This document shows positions 61,889 through 64,000 of a DNA stretch of 64,000 nt, piece after piece. The stretch covers positions 348,962-412,961 of the forward strand of contig CAWCPJ010000001.1 of assembly GCA_963797435.1 (NCBI GenBank), written 5' to 3'. The stretch is from an uncultured Verrucomicrobiae bacterium. GTDB taxonomy: Bacteria; Verrucomicrobiota; Verrucomicrobiia; Opitutales; Opitutaceae. Made by a program: the position numbers and the translations under genes. The number at the start of each line of letters is the position of its first letter. Position 1 is the stretch's first letter. The notes below the pieces were generated by a model. It worked only from the letters and a program-made list of their open reading frames with translations, had not been told where the DNA came from and searched no databases.

Positions 61889-62625
61889 GGGCGTCAGGGC
61901 GACAATGTCGAGGTGACCGTCCGCTTGTTGCACGCAATTTCCCCCCGAAATGGCAGGCGATTTCCCTTGTCGCCTCACGGCAGGACGAAGGCCCGGGAGG
62001 GCCGAACCGTCCGTGCCTGAGTGGCGACCGACATTGCGAGGCCCCCGCGGCGCACGGTTGGCGGAAAATTTCAAACCGCTCTGGGAGAACGAGCTTGCAA
62101 GCCGGGAGGGATGCGCAATCCCGCGTTTCGCCGGGGCGGCTCTGGCACCTCCAATGACGTGAGGAGGATCGCGCGTCGGGCGGAATCGCTGCAGTCGGCG
62201 TCCAAACGCCCCTGTGAAATCGCGAGGCGGCAAGAGTGGAAGACGCCTTGGCCTGGCCAGCATTTTCCGCGTTCCCAGCTCTCAAGGAAGCTCGCGGGTA
62301 ACGTAAAATTTAAGGTCCTTTTCCTCTGTGAAGAATTTCGGCTTTTCGACGACTTTCGCCTGCCATGCGCCCGGTTTTCGCCCCGTTTCCGGAACAACGA
62401 TTCCGGTATGCACTCCGGGCCAGGATCGCATGCGGGAACGACGTCTTGTCCGATCGGCGTTAAGGTTGTTTGGCGCGCAAGCCGAGCGCCGGATGTCGCC
62501 GGCATCACCGAGTGGTGGCACTGGAAATACTCAAAGGCGGTTTGACAGGCGCAGTGCGCCGAAACATTGAACGATGCGCCGCGGTCCACCCCCCGCCACC
62601 GCACCGCGGCCGCCCCTTCTCTCTC

Positions 62626-63417
62626 ATGGTCTCTGCCCGTTCCCGAACGCCGGGTTGGTCCGGCATTGTTCTCGTTGCGTTGCTGCCTTTCGTGTCGCAG
62701 GCCGGTGCCGCCGAATCCGTCGAGACGGTGGAGAAAGCGGCCGCGCAATGGGCGCAATTGCGCGAGGAAACCGTGCGCCTGCAGAGCGACTGGCAATGGC
62801 AGCGCGGCACCCTCGAGTCTTCGCTCGACGGCCTCAAGACGCGCCTGGCCAAACTCGAACAGGAGCGCGACGGAGTGGCCGCCGCCATCTCCAACGAGGA
62901 CGCGACATCGGCCAATCTGGTGAAACGCAACGACGAGACGCGCCAGGCCATGAAGACCGTCGAGTCTCGCATCACCCGGCTCACGCAACAGATCCTGGCG
63001 GTGCGACCGTTTCTTCCGCCGCGACTCGCGCGGGCCCTCGACCTGCCGTTTCGCAGCATCCAGGACGAGAAGCTTGGCCCCGCCGAGCGCATGCAGCATC
63101 TCGTGACGATCTTCAATCGCTGCGGCCTGTTCAACAAGTCGATCACCCTCGGCGAGGAGGAACTTAATCTCGACGGCGGCGCCAACCCGCGGCTGCTCGA
63201 AGTCATCTATTGGGGCCTCGCCTTCGGCTACGCCCTCGACCGGGCGGACCAGAAGGCTTACTTCGGCCATCCCGGCAAGGAAGGCTGGACATGGGAACCG
63301 CGCCCGGATGCGGCCCCGGCCGTCACCCGCCTGATCGCGATTCAGCAGGAAAAATCGGATCCGGCGTTTGTGAGCATCCCGGTCCAGATCTCCGAACCGT
63401 TCACCGCGCCACGCTGA
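62626..63417 (+). CDS. DUF3450-family periplasmic protein (first gene of a MotA/TolQ/ExbB-type transport cluster)
   Basis: Signal peptide from the ATG at 62626, then a coiled coil and the DUF3450-like C-terminus (LLEVIYWGLAFGYALD...). Followed 7 nt downstream by a MotA/TolQ/ExbB-like gene. Confidence 0.65.
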   Translation: MVSARSRTPGWSGIVLVALLPFVSQAGAAESVETVEKAAAQWAQLREETVRLQSDWQWQRGTLESSLDGLKTRLAKLEQERDGVAAAISNEDATSANLVKRNDETRQAMKTVESRITRLTQQILAVRPFLPPRLARALDLPFRSIQDEKLGPAERMQHLVTIFNRCGLFNKSITLGEEELNLDGGANPRLLEVIYWGLAFGYALDRADQKAYFGHPGKEGWTWEPRPDAAPAVTRLIAIQQEKSDPAFVSIPVQISEPFTAPR

Positions 63418-63424
63418 ACCCCCG

Positions 63425-64000
63425 ATGAGATCCCTGCGCTTTCTCTCCCTGTCGGTTTCGCTTTTCGCCGCCGGCGCCAGTCTGGTCATCGCCGCGGACG
63501 ACCCCGCGCTCGACGCCAGCATCGCCCGGGCCGTGCTCGACTACGGCCAGCGCACGCAGGCCGCGACCAAGGACCTCACGGCGGCGCGCGCGGCGGTTGC
63601 CACGGAACGCACGCCGCTGATGGACGCGATCCGGACGACCGAGGAGAAGATCGGCGTGGTCGAGGCCGACACCGCACGCCTTACCACCGAACAGGCGCGT
63701 TCGCAGGAAAAACTGCAGGGTCTGAAGAACGAGCAGATCTCGCTCGAGCGCAATCTCAGCTACGTCGCGAACATCGTGCTCGAGGGTTTCAAAAGCTACG
63801 AGGGCAACCTGCTGCCCGGCGAGGCGGCCGCGCTGGGCACGACCGCTTCCGATCTGCGCAACCGCGTGCAGACCGCCGGCCATCCGGATGACGCGCTCGC
63901 CGCGCTCGATGCCGCCGATCTCTTCCTGGCGCGGCTGCAGCGTCAGCTCGGCGGTTACACCGCGGCCGGTCGTTCGCTGCGCGATGGCGACAACGAGATC
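63425..64000 (+). CDS. MotA/TolQ/ExbB proton-channel family protein, N-terminal periplasmic part only (3' end runs off the window)
   Basis: ATG at 63425. Signal peptide (LSLSVSLFAAGASLVIA), then coiled-coil periplasmic region. Frame open to nt 64000. Not in the supplied ORF list because it is open-ended. Confidence 0.5.
   Translation, partial: MRSLRFLSLSVSLFAAGASLVIAADDPALDASIARAVLDYGQRTQAATKDLTAARAAVATERTPLMDAIRTTEEKIGVVEADTARLTTEQARSQEKLQGLKNEQISLERNLSYVANIVLEGFKSYEGNLLPGEAAALGTTASDLRNRVQTAGHPDDALAALDAADLFLARLQRQLGGYTAAGRSLRDGDNEI

Noticed and set aside
62521-62540. TGGCAC hexamers, which could mark sigma-54 -24 elements for PrsR-dependent promoters (at 62148 and 62521), plus a search upstream of the two surface-protein genes.
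   Set aside because: Neither site has the required TTGC(A/T) -12 element at the correct 5-bp spacing. No GCAA-N5-GTGCCA was found on the appropriate strand upstream of the surface-protein genes.

Overview
This is a high-GC chromosomal segment that looks like ordinary housekeeping and accessory metabolism. It does not look like a mobile island. Several families present (a PrsK/PrsR sigma-54 two-component pair, a Bat-type aerotolerance operon, many TTG/GTG starts) suggest a Verrucomicrobiota (Opitutae-like) organism; that is inference only. Reading 5' to 3', the protein-coding content is: (1) a 5'-truncated prsK sensor kinase and the prsR sigma-54 regulator, followed on the opposite strand by two tandem paralogous secreted FN3/Ig/repeat-domain surface proteins, the first of which carries a frameshift; (2) a stress-responsive A/B-barrel (Dabb) protein; (3) a complete Bat-like operon moxR-DUF58-batA-batB-batD/C/E; (4) a sugar-metabolism stretch containing a disrupted large hypothetical, a DUF885 peptidase-like protein and xylulokinase; (5) an AsmA-like ydbH-ynbE-ydbL lipid-transport operon; (6) a GT2 glycosyltransferase; (7) a cluster obg / standalone GspE-N-domain protein / frameshifted GspE ATPase; (8) a flotillin-NfeD pair, an RluA-family pseudouridine synthase, hpf, tRNA-Arg(ACG) and osmC; (9) a small FliE/rod-like protein and an AGE-family epimerase; (10) an AddB-like/AddA-like helicase-nuclease pair, both frameshifted; (11) a YbgC-type thioesterase, queG, aroK, a threonine aldolase, a GNAT acetyltransferase, a DAG-kinase-family lipid kinase, a GT4 glycosyltransferase and an FKBP isomerase; (12) an unusually long LOG/PpnN-like protein, purD, an S41-like protein, an LMW-PTP and glyA; and (13) at the 3' edge a DUF3450 protein and the start of a MotA/TolQ/ExbB channel. 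The parts not explained by genes are two repeat families and three gene-poor, repeat-rich islands. Family 1 is a perfect 60-bp palindrome with a GGCGGCCGCC core that overlaps the osmC stop codon. It has two more copies at about 46.1 kb, and the stem positions differ between copies in a compensatory way. Family 2 is a composite element made of arrays of CACGAAT and CACAGAT heptamers at roughly 10-bp phasing, arranged as inverted repeats. It is present twice: once in the 440-bp gap between the AddB-like and AddA-like genes, and once in a 1.4-kb gene-free stretch after glyA that ends in a strong terminator-like hairpin and may encode an ncRNA. Five long CDSs are each broken by a single-nucleotide indel, one of them inside a C7 homopolymer. 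These are either assembly errors or real pseudogenes, and I cannot tell which from the sequence. I found no CRISPR array, rRNA gene, transposase or integrase.
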